A stretch of 64,000 bases of DNA from Chiloscyllium plagiosum (GCF_004010195.1 NC_057715.1:120447673-120511672); one strand, 5' to 3'; counted from the stretch's first letter, positions 1 to 14,199 are shown. The notes: generated from the letters alone by a model not told the origin. A program made the numbers and translations.

Positions 1-757
1 TATCTGTCCATGACAGTATCGGTAAGAGTGACCAACACGCAGTCCTTGTGGAGACAAAGTCCCACCTTCACATTGAGAATGCCCTCCATCGTGTTGTGTG
101 ACACCATCACCATGCTAAATGGGACAGACTTCAAATAGATCCAGCAACTCAACAATGAGCACCCTTGAGGCACTGTGGGCCATCAACAGCAACAGAACTG
201 TACTCCAGCACAATCTGTAACCTCATGGCCCGGCACATCCCCCACTCAACCATTCCCATCAAGCCAAGGGATCAACCCTGGTTCAATGGAGAGAGCAGGA
301 GGGGCTTGCCAGGAGCAGCGCCAGGCAGACCTGAAGGTGAGGTGTCAACCCGGTGAAGATACCAAACAGGACTATTTACATGTCAATCAGCATAAGGAGT
401 AAGTGATAGACAGAGCTGAGTGATCCCACAACCAACAGATCAGATCTAATCTCTGCGTCCTGTCACATCCAGTCGTGAATGGTGGGGGACAATTAAACAA
501 CCCACTGAAGGAAATATCCCCCTCCTCAATGATGGAGGAGCCCAGCACATCAGTGTAAAAGATAAGGCTGAAGCTTTCACAGCAATCTTCAGCCAGAAGT
601 GCCGAGTGGGTGATCCATCTCGGTCTCCTCCAGTGCTCCCCAGCATCACAGATACCAGGCTCCAGCCAATTCGATTCACTCCACGTGATATCAAGAAATG
701 GTTGGAGACACTGGATACAGGTTATGGGGCCATACAACACTCCAGCAATTGTACTGG
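1..757 (+). mobile_element. Older LINE (CR1/L2 group) fragment
   Basis: DQPWFN and KWLETLD-type ORF2 remnants; shares sequence with 4463-4620. Confidence 0.65.
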
Positions 758-759
758 AG

Positions 760-2060
760 ACTTGTGGAAAGAATTCTGAGGGATAGGATTTATGACTATT
801 TGGAAAAGCATTGTGTGATTAAAGGCAGTCTGCATGGCTTTGTGTGGGGCAGGTCATGCCTCTCAAATCTTATTGAGTTCTTTGAGGAGGTGACAAGACA
901 AGTCGAAGAAGGTCGAGCAGTGGATGTGGTGTGTGTGGACTTTAGCAAGGCATTTGATAGGGTTCCCCATGGTCGGCTCATTCATAAAGTTTGGGATACA
1001 GGGAGATTTGGCTACCTGGATTCAGATTTGGCTGGCTGACAGAAGGCAGAGAGTGGTTGTAGATGGAAAGTATTCTGCCTGGGGTCAGTGTTGAGTGGGG
1101 TCCCACAGGGCTCTGTTCTTGGGCCTCTACTCTTTGCAGTTTTTAGAAACGACTTGGATGAGGAGGTGGTTAGTAAATTTGCAGATGACACAAAGGTTGG
1201 AGGTGTCATCATTAGTATAGAGGGCTACTGCAGGCTGCAGCACTGGGCTGAAAAAATGGCAAATGGAGTTCAACCTGGATAAATGTGAAGTGATGCATTT
1301 TAGAAGGTCTAACTCAACTGCTGAATACAGGATCAAAGACAGGATTCTTGGCAGTATGGAGGAACAGAGGGATCTGGATGTGCAAGTTCATAGATCTCTC
1401 AAAGTTGCCACCCAAATGGATAGGGTTGTTCAGAAAGCATATGGTATTTTGGCTTTCATTAACAGGGGGATCGAGTTCAAGAGCCACGAGGTTTTGCTGC
1501 AGCTCTACAAGTCCTTGGTGAGACCACACTTGGAATATTGTGTCCAGTTCTGGTTGCCCTACTATAGGAAAGATAGAGGGCTTTGGAGAGGGTGCAAAGA
1601 AGGTTTACCAGGATGCCGCCTGGACTGGAGGGCTTATCTTATGAAGAAAAGTTGAATAAGCTTGGACTTTTCTCTCTGGAGAGGAGGAGTAAGAGAGGAG
1701 ACCTGATCGAGGTGTACAAAATAATGAGACAAATAGATAGACTCAATAGCCAGAGACTTTTCCCCAGGGCAGGATTGACTGGCAGGAGGGGTCATAGTTT
1801 GAAGCTATTAGAAGGAAGGTATAAAGGAGACATTAGGGGTAGGTTCTTTACTCAGAGTTGTGAATGCATGGAATGCATTGCCAGCGGTGGTGGTGGAAGC
1901 GGAGTCATTGGGGACAGTTAAGCAACTGCTGGACAATCACATGGATAGCAGTGAGTTGAGGGGTGCGTAGGTTAAGTTACTATATTTTACATTAGGATTA
2001 AATCTCGACAACATCGTGGGCCAAAGGGCCTGTTCTGTGCTGTACTTTTCTATGTTCTAT
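760..2060 (+). mobile_element. CR1 LINE, 5'-truncated
   Basis: RT motifs [43 protein letters not shown]; CR1-type 3' tail GGGCCAAAGGGCCTGTTCTGTGCTGTA...TTCTATGTTCTA. Confidence 0.9.
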
Positions 2061-2737
2061 TAACAGCAGCATCAGCTTAATTTCTGCACTCAACTGCTCA
2101 CATGCAGACACACATTTGCTTTAAAAGGAGCAACAATGATGAATACCAAGCTTCACTATAATTGTCTCAATATCCAGGCTTTAAAACAAAAGGTGCCAGA
2201 AATGAGGGTATACTATAAGGCTGTCGAATGAATGAGCCTAAAAGAATACTTTGTTAAAAGGAGTATGTAATCCGAGTTAACCGTTTCTTTAATAGTCTCA
2301 TGAAGACGACAGCAGAGTGAATGCACAGATTAGCTAAGCGTAGTTGTGCCCACTGATTAAGGAACTTTAAAGTGGGAAATATGGTGACCCTTCACAGATG
2401 TCTGAGTGTCTGTCAACTTGAGAATACTTTTTTTTGATGCATGAAAGAAAACTGTCTCAAATAGCTCTTATACAGTATAGAATTGTTGGTGGTTTTGCTT
2501 TCCTTGCATGTAATAACCTTTGATGTTCTTTTCCTCAAAGTAAATTGGCAGCCTTTTGGAAAAACGTTTAATGACTATCAGACTCTGAAAAAAAACTGCA
2601 GAAACAATAGATGGTTTATTAAGCCAGGTTTCATCCTGGGGATGTGATGTCCTGCATTCCCATCTGCTGGTAATACACTTAAAGACATTTCATGTGTAAG
2701 TATAGAACATCTTTATTCAATTCAAGCATCGACCTAC

Positions 2738-2808
2738 CTTGTAAACAAACTTTTAATCCATCTACAAGTTCTTGTCCACGCTCTTGCAAGATGCAGCGAG
2801 AAAACCAC
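2738..2808 (-). CDS. PIWIL1: PIWIL1 PIWI-domain exon ([23 protein letters not shown])
   Basis: 71 nt, CAG/GTAGGT boundaries, phase-compatible with the previous exon; QELVD carries the catalytic Glu finger. Later exons lie before position 1. Confidence 0.95.
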
Positions 2809-3484
2809 CTGGTCAAAGACCACATTAGTTATTATTCTTCAACTTTATTATGTGAAAAGTTGGTGATGCAATCCTTCACACAAGATTGACATTTAAATTC
2901 ATATTTAGCAATGAGTGTGCAGAGGATTAAAAAAAAATTGAAATTAAAATAAAAATCTCCTAAACTGTGTAAAGCAAATATTCCAGTTAAACTCTGCTGC
3001 ATCATTTCTTCAAATTGTATGCATACAGCAATTCCACAGATCTACTTCCTACTAAAAGCTTAAGATTTTCCTTTAGTTTAATTTCTAGCTTTTAAATGTT
3101 GACTAATCGACAAGTCAGGCAAACTGACAATTTTATTCCAGTGTAGAAAATTCTGCTCAGTACAGGAGAACAGAGCTAAACTCCCATCAGCATTTCTGCA
3201 ACCTCACATTTCAGATTTTGGTTGCTATGCCATCCTAGAATGTTGTTTGCAGCTAGGCCAACTTCACAGAAACTTTTATTTCAAACTGCCAAAGACCCTG
3301 AAATGAACAAATCATGTGCCATAGTCAAAATAACTTGCTGAACAGACGAGACCATTTGTAAGAAATTACAACCTTAGAACTAAACACTAAAAACATCAGA
3401 TTAAAAACTGCACGATTGTTTAAGTACTAACTGCTTACTTCATCAACCAACCTTCAGAACATGGCATATTTAGCAGAGGATTTA

Positions 3485-4355
3485 GAGTCAGATGTACAGT
3501 ATGGAAACAGATTAGTTGGTTCAACTCATCCATGCTGACCAGATATCCTAAATTAAGCTAGTCTTATTGCTAGCATTTGGCCTATATCCCTCTAAACCTC
3601 TCTTATTTAATGTATCTATTCTGATTCCTTTTAAAATGTTGTAATTGTAACCAGCTTGACCACTAACTCTGGCAGCTTGTTCCATACATGCACCACCCTC
3701 TGCGTGAGCAAGTTGACCCTTAGGTCCCTTTTAAATCTTTCACCTCTTATCTTAAACCTATGCCCTCTAGTTTTGGACTCCCCCCACCCGGGAGAAAAGA
3801 CACTGATAGTTCACCCTATCCATGCCCATGATTTTATGAACTTCTATAAAGGTCATCCCTTAGCCTTCGATGCTCTAGGGAAATAGCCCCAGTATATTAA
3901 GCCTCTCCTACAATTCAAACCTTCCAACCCTGGCAACATCTTTGCTGAACCCTTTTAGGGTTCACGACATCTTGCCTATGGCTGGGAGACTAGAATTAAA
4001 CACAGTATTCCAAAACTGGCCTAACCAATGTCCTGTACAGCCACAATGTGACCTCCCGATTCCTATACTCAATGCACTGACCAATAAAGGCAAAGTGAAT
4101 CACCTCACACTTAGCTACATTGAACTCCATTTGCCACCTTTCTGCCCAGTTCTGCAGCTTATCTATATCATCTTCACAATCCAGCCTACCTGTGATTCCA
4201 CTTTCAAGTATCTATAAACCTGCACTCCAAGGTCTCTTTGTTCAGAAACACTCCTCAGGACCTTACCATTAAGGCATATACATCCTGCCCGGATTTGCCT
4301 TTCCAAAATGCAGCACCTCACATCTATCTAAATTAAACTCCATCTGCCACTCCTT
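3485..4355 (-). mobile_element. CR1 LINE 3' fragment, rearranged
   Basis: Reverse complement of the CR1 3' end seen at 14400-15270. Confidence 0.8.
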
Positions 4356-4399
4356 GGTTTAGAGGTTGCAGTAAATAAGGTACTCCACCTGAAAGCATC

Positions 4400-7300
4400 A
4401 GGTCAGATGGGAGGTGATGGCCTCGTGATATTATTGCTAGATTATTAATCCAGAAACAGAGGATGATCCATCTCAGCCTCCTCCTGTGGTCCCTAGCATT
4501 ACAGATACCAGTCTTCAGCCAAGTCGATTCACTCCACGTGGTATCAACAAACAGCTGGAGACACTGGATACTGCAAAGGCTATGGGCCCTGGCAACATTC
4601 TGGTAATTAGCACTGAAGACCAGTGCTCCAGAACTTGCCACTCCCCTGGCCAAGCTGTTCCAGTAGAGTTATAACACTGGCACCTAACTATGTGGAAAAT
4701 TCCACAGGTATGTCCTGTACATAAAAAAAGGACAAATCCAACCTGACCAATTACCGCCACAATGTTCTATTCTCAAATCATAGGTAGTGAGATGGATAGA
4801 GTCATCAATAGTGCTATCAAGCCACTCCTGTTCAGCAATAACTTGCTCAGTGACACCTGGCTCCTGACCTCATTACAGCCTTGGTTCAAACAGCGGCATG
4901 ACCCGCTGAAAGCAAAGGATAGGAAAGGCAAGATTCGTGAACCTTGGATGACAGGAGAAATCGTCCGACTAGCCAAGAGAAAAAGGGAAGCGCAGATAAG
5001 GTCCAGGCAGCTAAGAACAGAATGGGCCCTGGAGGAATATCGGGAGAGTAGGACAAGTCTTAAACAAAGAATCAAGCCGGCTAAAAGGGGTCATGAAATA
5101 GCTTTAGCGAGCAGAATTAAGGAGAACTCCAAAGCCTTTTATTCTTATATAAACAGCAAGCGGGTAACTAGAGAAAGGATTGGTCCACTAAAGGATAGGG
5201 AAGGAAGGCTGTGTGTCGAACCCAAGAGAATGGGTGAGATTCTGAATGAATACTTTGCAACAGTGTTCACTGAGGACAGAGACATGATGAATGTTGAGAT
5301 TAGTGATAGAAGTTTGATTACTCTGGATCACGTTGACATAAGTAGGGAAGATGTGTTGGGTAGGCTAGAGGTTATTAAGGTGGACATATCCCCAGGACCA
5401 GATGGGACCTATCCCAAATTGCTGAGGGAGGCGAGAGAGGAATTAGCTGGGGCCCTGACAGATATCTTTGTGGCATCCTTAAACACAGGTGAGGCGCTGG
5501 AAGACTGGAGGGTTGTTCATATTGTGCCCCTGTACAAGGGTAGTAGGGATATTCAGAGTAACTACAGATCAGTGAGCCTGACGTCAATGGTGGGAAAGTT
5601 GTGGAGAAGGTACTGAGGGATAAAATCTATTTATATTTGGAAAAGAAAGAGCTCATCAGTGATAGGCAACATGGTTTTGTGTGGGGGAGATCGTACCTCA
5701 CCAAGAGTTCTTTGAGTGACCAAGATCGATGAAGGAAGTTTCTTGAAATGGAGAAAGGTGACCAGTGGTGTTCCACAGGGGTCAGTGTTGGGGCCACTGT
5801 TGTTTGTGATATACATAAGTGATCTGGAAGAGGGCACTGTTGGTATGATCAGCAAGTTTGCAGATTACAAAGATGGGTAGAGTAGCAGAAAGCATAGAGG
5901 ACCAAGGAATACAGGAGAATATAGATAGACTGGAGAGTTGGGCAGAGAAGTGGCAGATGGAGTTCAATCCAGGCAAATGTGAGGTGATACATTTTGGGAA
6001 GTCTAATTCTAAAGCTAAATTATACAGTAAACAGAAGAGCCTTGGGAAAAGTTGATGAGCACAGAGATCTGGAAGTTCAGGTCCATCGTACCCGAAAGGT
6101 TGTAGCACCGGTGGATAGGGTAGCCAAGGCAGCACATGGTATGCTTGCCTTCATCGGACGGGGTAGTGAGTATAAGAGCTGGCAGGACATGTTAAAGTTG
6201 TACACTACTTTGGTTCGGCCGCATTTAGAACACTGTGTACAGTTCTGGTCGCCACATTACCAAATGGAGAGGGTGCCGAGAAGGTTTACGAGGATGTTGC
6301 CAGAGAGCTTGAGTAGGTTAGGATTGTTTTCATTAGAAAAAAGGTGATTGAGGGGGGACCTGATTGAGGTCTACAAAATCATGAAGGGTATAGACAGGGT
6401 AGATAGAGATAAGCGTTTTCCCAGGGTGAAAGATTCAATAACTAGAGGTCATGCTTTCAAGGTGAGAGGTGAAAAGTTTAAGAGGGATACACGCAAGTAT
6501 TTTAAACAGAGGGTGGTGGGTGCCTGGAACGTGTTGCCAGCAGAGGTAGTAGAGGCAGGCACGGTTTTCCCAGGGTGAAAGATTCAATAACTAGAGGTCA
6601 TGCTTTCAAGGTGAGAGGTAAAAAGTTTAAGAGGGATACACGCAAGTATTTTAAACAGAGGGTGGTGGGTGCCTGGAACACGTTGCCTGGAACGTGTTGC
6701 CAGCAGAGGTAGTAGAGGCAGGCACGGTAGTTTCATTTAAGATGTGTCTGGACCGGTGCATGACTAGATGGGGAGCACAGGGAAACAGATGCTTAGGAAT
6801 TGGGCGACAGGTTTAGAAGGTGGATTTGGATTGGTTCAGGCTTGGAGGGCCAAAGGGCCTGTTCCTGGATTGTAAATTTTCCTTGTTCTTTTTGTTCTTT
6901 GTATGAACAAAAGACCTGAATTGCAGAGGGGAGGTGAGGAAATACCTTGATAACCAAGTGTGGCATTAAGGAGCCCTAGCTGAACTGGAATCGATGGGTA
7001 TCAGGGACAAACTCTCCACTGATTGGAGTCATACCTGGCACATAAGACGGCGGACACGGAATCCTCCATTCTCAACATCCTGAAGGTTCCCATTGACCAG
7101 AAGCTCAACTGGAATCACCACAAACTGAGTGGCTGCAAGAGCAGTTCAGAGGCTAGGAATACTGCAAGTAACTCACCTCCTTATTCCCCAAAGCCTGTCC
7201 ACGATCGACAACTTATTATTACTATCTCATGAACTTAAAAGGCACAAGTCAGGGGTGTGCCTGAACGAGTCCAGCCCCAACAACACAAGCAGCTTGACAC

Positions 7301-7685
7301 TATCCAGAACAAAATAGCCCATTTGATTGGCACTACATCTGTAAGCATCCACTCTTACAATCACTGAATCTCAGGAGTAGCACTGTGTACAAGTTGTGCT
7401 GCAGTAACTCACTAAAGCTGCTTAGATAGCACCTTCTAAACCAGTGCCATCTAAAAGGACAAGAGCATCAGATACAAGGGAACACCACCCCTTCCATGTT
7501 CCTCTCCAAACTGCTCACTATCCTGACTTAGAAATGCATCACCAGGTCAAAATCCTGGAATTCCCTCCCTAATCTTAGATGGTTCAAGAAGGAAGCTCAC
7601 TAGCACCTTAAAGGGCAACTGGTAAGGGCAACAAATGCTGGCCCAGCCAACAATGCTCAAACGCCACAAGTGAATGACAAAAAAA
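4400..7685 (+). mobile_element. Older LINE split by a nested CR1 (about 4895-6900)
   Basis: The older-family sequence stops near 4890 and resumes near 6900. The nested CR1 ORF2 has [30 protein letters not shown] and WQMEFN, with an internal tandem duplication of about 150 bp (6415-6565 and 6565-6727). Confidence 0.85.
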
Positions 7686-8041
7686 ATGCCATAATCTATT
7701 TCATTTCATTCTAACTGCAAGTGCCAAGTTATTAACTGCAGAGTTTTGTATAAAGCGGAAATAGGAAAGTCTGAAGTGGGGTTGGAGAGAAGAAAAGGAA
7801 AAAAAAAGTCAGAAAGAAAAAAAAACAACTTTCACCTTGAGGTTTGATTTGTGTTGTATATTAATACCTTCCAGCTTCCCTCAATGAGTACATTTCCAAA
7901 ACCCCACATATTTAAACTGATTTCAATGCAAACATTAAGGAAGAAATGTCAACTTTATATGGAGAAGGGATATGCTTTCATTGTAACTAATTAGGATAAA
8001 TTTAAAAAGTGTTCTAAAGATACCTTCCACTTGGAACTTAC

Positions 8042-8145
8042 CTTGTTATTGACTGATTAATACTGGCTACAAATCCTGCAATGGACTTCCTCCCAGCAGC
8101 ATTATCATGGTAACAATCTATGCCAACCACCATGAGCTGTTTGAG
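8042..8145 (-). CDS. PIWIL1: PIWIL1 PIWI-domain exon ([35 protein letters not shown])
   Basis: 104 nt, CAG/GTAAGT boundaries; the GIDCYHD motif holds the first catalytic Asp. Confidence 0.96.
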
Positions 8146-8957
8146 CTGTAAAACATTCACCACATTAAGTCACCCATACTTTAGAATGCAATCAAGCCAA
8201 AATCAGTTGACACCACAGCATCTTCCCAAATCCACAAGGGAAATTAACCTCTGTACCAAAGGTTCCATTGTTTTTTAAAAACAAAAGGAGACTATTATAG
8301 ACTCTTCACAATTTTTATTATAGTTATTTTTACTTAAAATCAAACAGACCATCCTATTTGCATGTGATATGCTCCAAGCAATTGAATCACCAAGTTTCGA
8401 TGGTCATTGAACAACTTGAGATCAACAAGCAAGAATGGCTGGTGTTAAATCCAGAAGTGGTCCTAACTCAAGTGAAGATGCTCATTTAACAAGCTGGTGC
8501 AGGCATGATGGGCCAAACAGCCTCCTCCTGCACTGGAAGACCTATGTGTCTGTGAATTGCTTTCAAATCTTTCAAAAAACAAGCTAAGAGCCAGTTCTTA
8601 GATTAATGACCCAAACTTTATCTCATTTCAAGGACTTTCAAGGAAAGAAAAGAAAAAAAAGATCTCGCCAGTCCAAAATGCGAGGAACAAAGAGGCATGA
8701 ATTTGCACTTACAATATAGTCAAATAGGTACTTATACAGGAGTAATATATACTCTAATCCATAATGGACAAAGCACTCCAATACCAATACCTCATTTCAC
8801 CATGTTCCTATTATACAGGTTTGATTTAGTGAAGGGAAGAAGTAAATTATTCTTTAGCATGTGGACAACTCTGGCAGATCTTTAAAAATCAACCAGTGCA
8901 GGACTAAGTTTGCATGTGGGTCTGGCCCAGTGAAAAAGATAGGTTCATTGCTTTGAA

Positions 8958-9051
8958 GAGCTGAAAATGTGTTGCTGGAAAAGCGCAGCAGGTCAGGCAG
9001 CATCCAAGGAGCAGGAGAATCGACGTTTCGGGCATGAGCCCTTCTTCAGGA
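8958..9051 (-). mobile_element. Single-arm copy of the same Penelope-derived repeat
   Basis: GCTGAAAATGTGTTGCTGGAAAAGCGCAGCAGG...GACGTTTCGGGCATGAGCCCTTCTTCAGG. Confidence 0.8.
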
Positions 9052-9489
9052 TTGAAGGCCATCAATGAACTAACTGTGCTTCTACAATAGACCAGCAGCT
9101 TTCATACTAATTTTTCCAGATATAAAGATCAGGAAATTACATTCAATTAAAATGTGTTTACAAAGTCAGATTTGGATTTGAACTGACTACCTCTGATAGC
9201 TAGGTTAGCACCAAAACCATAAGGCCTTCCAATTCAGCGTCACCATTTTGCCTTGCAAGACTATGGACAGCTGATTTGTTACTGCATTCTTGGTTTGATG
9301 GATGTTTAAACCCACAATCCAGGAAACATGAAACAACATTGGTCTCTTTTGCTGTAATACAACAAACCAGTCTTTAATATCAAAGACTATAGTCTGATTT
9401 ACTTAATTAGCGAAAAAAACTGCTAAAGTAATACATCATTTCGCGATACAAAAAAGCATGGAGAGTTCTATTCAAGTGCAAATACTTAC

Positions 9490-9690
9490 TGGAATCTCGA
9501 CACTCCACAGTTCACCACCCATTTTACAGTTTATTTGTAATGCAATTTTTGTTGCAATAGCCATCAATGCTTGTGGCTTACTTAAGGTGCGAGCAACTAC
9601 ACACTGACTTGGGGTTGGGCATTCAACGCACAAGTATTTCTTGATGGTATCATATTTGTCTTTGCGATTAGAAGGAAGGACACAAACAAC
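9490..9690 (-). CDS. PIWIL1: PIWIL1 MID-domain exon with 5'-phosphate pocket ([67 protein letters not shown])
   Basis: 201 nt, open, CAG/GTAAGT boundaries; carries the YxxIKK, PSQCV and QxNCKMGG Piwi signatures. Confidence 0.96.
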
Positions 9691-9769
9691 CTGGTGAGCA
9701 AAAGAATGTAATTTGAAAACAGAATTACCACTTTAATATACTTCATTCAAGACCATCATTGCAATGGAT

Positions 9770-12700
9770 CCATTTTTCCAGGAGCTGAGGACAGAGGTGT
9801 TAAGAGGACAGATAGGAGATTCTGTGGGAATGAGAGAGACTCACAGTTGGCAGCCTCCCAAGTGCCAGGTTTCATGATGTCTCTGATCGTGTTTGAGGGG
9901 GTGGGGGAGCAGCCCCAAGTCATGGTCCACATAGGTAGGAAAAAGGGTGGGGATTTAAGGCAGAAATTCAGGGAGCTAGGGTGGAAGCTTAGGGCTCGAA
10001 CAAATAGAGTTATTATCTCTGGTTTGGTGTCCGTGCTGGCGAGGTGAAGAATAGGGAGAGAGGGGAATTGAACACGCGGCTGCAAGGATGGTGCGGGAGG
10101 GTGGGTTTTGGGTTCCTGGATAATTGGGACTTTTTCTGGGGTAGGTGGAACCTCTGCAAACAGGATGGTCTACACCTAAACCAGAGGGGTTCCAATATCA
10201 TGGGGACAGGGAGGTGAAATTTGCTAATGCTATACAGGAGGGTTTAAACGAATTCAGCTGGGGGGATGGGAACCTAAACTGTAGTTCCAGTGTCCAGTAG
10301 ATTGACAGTTGTGATGTCAGAAACATGGTTTCAAGGTCGACGAGTGCACAACAAGCAGGAAGATGGTCTGAAGTGTGTCCACTTCAACGCCAGGAGCATC
10401 CAGAATAAGGTCGGAGAACTTGCAGCAGGTTGTACTTGGGACTTCGATGTTGTGGCCATTTCGGAGAGACGGATAGAGCAGGGAGAGGAATGGCTGTTGC
10501 TGGTTCCAGAATTTAAATGTTTCAGTGAGAACAGAGAAGATGGGAAAAAGAGGGGGGAGGTGTGGCATTGTTAGTCAAGGACAGTATTAAGGTGGCAGAA
10601 AGGACATTTGAGGACTCGTCTATGAGGGAGTATGGACTGAAGTTTGAAACAAGAAAGGAGGTCACCTGGTTGGGTAGTTTTCTATAGGCCTCCAAATAGT
10701 TCCAGGGATATAGACTAAAGGATTGCAAAGATGGTTCTGGATAACAGCCAGGGTAATAGGGTAGTTGTTATGGGAGACTTTAATTTCCCCAATATTGACT
10801 GGGAATACTATAGTTCAAGTACTTTAGATGAGTCAGTTTTTGTCCAGCGTGCGCAGAAGGGTTTCCTGACAGTATGTAGACAGGCCAACAAGGGGCAAGG
10901 CCACATTGGATTTGGTACGGGTAATGGACCCGGCCAGGTGTTAGATTTGGAGATAGGTGAGCACTTGTGATAGTGACCACAATTCAGTTATGTTTATTTT
11001 CGCGATGGAAAGGGATAGGTATATACCTCAGTGCAAGAGTTTTAACTGAGGGAAAGGCAATTATGATGCAAATAAGCAAGATTTAGGATGCATAGGATAG
11101 GGAAGGAAACTACAGGGGATGGACAAAATTGGAACGTGGAGCTTATTCAAGGAACAGCTACTGCATGACATTGATAAGTATGTACCTGCCAGGCAGGGAA
11201 GTGGTCAAGCGAGGGAAGCTGTGGTTTACTAAAGAAGTTGCACTCTTTTCAAGAGAAAGGCGATGGCTTATGTTAGGATGAGATATGAAAGCTCAGTTAG
11301 GGCGCTTGAGAGTTACAACCTAATCAGGAAAGACCTAAAAAGAGAACTAAAAGGAGCCAGGAGGGGACATGAGAAGTCATTAGCAGATAGGATCAAGGAA
11401 AACCCTAAAGCTTTCTAAAAGTATATATTTTATTTCAGAATGACGAGAGTAAGATTAGGGCCAGTCAGGGACAGCAGTGGGAAGTTGTACGTGGAGTCAG
11501 AGGAGTTAGGGGAAGCTCTAAATAATTTTTTTGTCAGTATTCACACTGGGAAAAAAAACAACAATGTTGTCGAGGAGAATACGGAGCTCCAGACTACCAG
11601 ACTAGACAGGATTGAGGCTCACAAGGAGATGGTGTTAGCAATTCTGGAAAGTGTGAAATAGTTAAGTCTCCTGGGCTGGATGAACTTTATCCTTGGATTC
11701 TCTGGGAAGCCAGGGAAGAGATTGCAGTGTCCTTGGCTTTGATCTTTATGTCATCACTATCTACAGGAATAGTGCCAAAAGACTGGAGGATACCCAGTGT
11801 TGTCCCCTTATTCAAGGGAGTAAAGACAACCTTGGTAATTATAGACCAGTGAACCTTACTTCGGTTGTGGGTTCAAAAAAAGAGTTGGAAAAAGTTAAGA
11901 AATAGGATTTATAATAATTTAGAGAGAAATAATTTGATTAGGGATAGTCAGCATGGTTTTGAAAAGGGTAGGTCATGCCTCACAAACGTTTGAGTTTTTT
12001 GAGACGGTGATCAAACAGGTGGATGGGGGTAAAGCGGTTGATGTGGTATATATGGATTTCAGGAAGGCGTTTGATAAAGGTTCCCCACGGTAGGCTATTG
12101 CACAAATTACAGAGGCATGGGATGGAGGGTGATTTAGCGGCTCGGATCAGAAATTGGCTAGTTGAAAGAAGACAGAGTGGCTGGTTAATGGGAAACATTC
12201 ATCTTGGAGTTCAGTTACTGGTGGTGTACCGCAAGGATCTGTTTCGGGTCCACTGCTGTTGGTCATTTTTATAAATGACCTGGATGTGGGTGTAGAAGGA
12301 TGGGTTAGTAAATTTGCCGATGATACGAAGGTCAGTGGAGTTGTGGACAGTGCTGAAGGATGTTGCAGGTTTCAGAGGGACATAGATAAGCTGCAGAGAT
12401 GGCAAATGGAGTTTAGTGTGGAAAAGTGAGGTGATTCACTTTGGAAGGAGCAACATGAATAAGCAGTACAGCACTAATGGTAAGATTCTTGGTAGTGTGG
12501 ATGAGCAGAGAGATCTGTGTCCATGTACATAGATCCCTGAAAGTTGCAACCTAGGTTGATAGGGTTGTTAAGACGGCATATGGCTTTTATTGGTCGAGGG
12601 AGTGAGTTTCGGAGCCATGAGGCTATGTTGCAGCTGTACAAAACTCTGGTGTAGCAGCACTGTGTACAATTCTGGTCACTGTATTATAGGAAAGATGTGG

Positions 12701-13250
12701 AAGCAAAAATTTCCAGCTCGGCAAACAGAACCACAACAACGAGCACCCGAGCTACAAATCTTCACCCAAACTTTGAGATGTGGAAGCTTTGGAAAGGGTT
12801 CAGAGGCAATTTGCTGCCTGGTATGGAGGGAAGGTCATATATGAGGAAAGGCTGAGGGACTTAAGGCAGTTTTCATTAGAGAGCAGGTGGTCGAGAGTTG
12901 ACTCAATTGAGACATACAAGATAATCAGAGGTTTAGATAGGGTGGACAGTGACAGCCTTTTTCCTCAGATAGCGATTGCTAGCACAAGGGGACATAGCAT
13001 CAAATTGAGGGGTGATAGATATACGACAGATATCGGAGGTAGTTTCTTTACTCAAAGTAGTAGGGACGAGGAATGCCCTGCCTGCAACTGTAGTAAACTT
13101 GCCAACTTTCAGGGCATTTAAATGGTCATTGGGTAAACATATAGATGAAAATGTAATAGTATATGATAGATAGGCTTCAGATTGATTCCACAGTTTGGCG
13201 CAACATCGAGGGCTGAAGGGCCTGTACTGCGCTGTAATGTTCTATCGATT
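9770..13250 (+). mobile_element. Long decayed CR1 LINE (ORF1 esterase remnant, ORF2 endonuclease and RT)
   Basis: SGNH-like DGLHLN remnant; APE motifs FNARSI.NK and VMGDFNFPNIDW; RT motifs KFADDTK; CR1 tail at about 13200-13250. Confidence 0.9.
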
Positions 13251-13819
13251 CTTTGTGACTGTTTCCATCTTTGTTATTTATTCAATCCATTTAATTTTAT
13301 CTAATATTTGGAGAGGTTTTATACAGGAGACCATTACTAAAAAATTAGAACGCTCCCTGTACCTATCACACAACCATCTCATTTTTTGTCATCAAAACCC
13401 TTCAAAATCTTGAATATTTTGAAACCTACAGAACATCACAATTCTCATAAGCCTCCATTACTGAGATCTGATGACAAAAGCTTTGGCATAAAATCAGGAG
13501 TGAATTTTTCAGTAATCTTTAAAGGATAGTACCCAAAACCAGAAACAATATTCTAACTCTAGCTCAACCAGCGATATGAGCAGGATTTGCATTGCTGCTA
13601 GTTGTATACTTGATACCGAATCACATTTTAAGGTCATATAAACAAAACTCTTTTGCAGTTTGTTCATTTATCCCTCTACTTCTACAGATTTCAGATTTTT
13701 TACTTTTCCAAAGGGTCACATGGCTCCATAAAAAATAAATTCTCCCGTCATTAATTCCCATGCTACACAACTGAAAGGAGCAAGGTAAAACTGGATTAAA
13801 TCTTTAAATATGTTCTTAC

Positions 13820-13892
13820 AATTCTTGTGGACTGAGTAACATTAGACTGCAAAGCCTTCAAAAATGCCTCACTGCGATCTTCTACCTCAATC
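13820..13892 (-). CDS. PIWIL1: PIWIL1 MID-domain exon (IEVEDRSEAFLKALQSNVTQSTRI)
   Basis: 73 nt, TTTTAG acceptor and GTAAG donor, starts in phase 2 and ends in phase 0; resembles PIWIL1 [24 protein letters not shown]. Confidence 0.92.
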
Positions 13893-14199
13893 CTAAAATA
13901 AAAAAAGTCAGTTTATTTTTTTTTTAAAAAACAAATAAGTGACCAAATTAAATTGATAGCAATTAGCTAACTTTGCAAAATACAGCCACAGAAAGTAGTC
14001 ACGGGAGGATCCTGCCCATGTAACAATTCCAATAATGCCTATAAATACTCACCAAAATTGCTACTCATCTGTACAGGCTTGACCTCGTACAGAAATGAAC
14101 GGTTGAAAATACTCAGTTAAACTTTCTAGTCAGTTCCTCTGACAACCATCCATTCAGGTGATTGGGGAATATATTCCATCATGGAACACAGACAGAGCT

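Noticed and set aside
4762-5616. 284-aa ORF as a host gene
   Set aside because: It is a chance fusion of an older LINE fragment with a nested CR1 ORF2 segment that is frameshifted and deleted downstream.
6415-6727. Direct repeat of about 150 bp as an LTR pair
   Set aside because: It is an adjacent tandem duplication within the CR1 3' region with no internal sequence and no TG...CA ends.
14047-14110. Strong minus-strand GTGAGT donor just upstream of the IEVED exon
   Set aside because: The required phase-2 frame has a stop three codons before the donor and no Piwi similarity.
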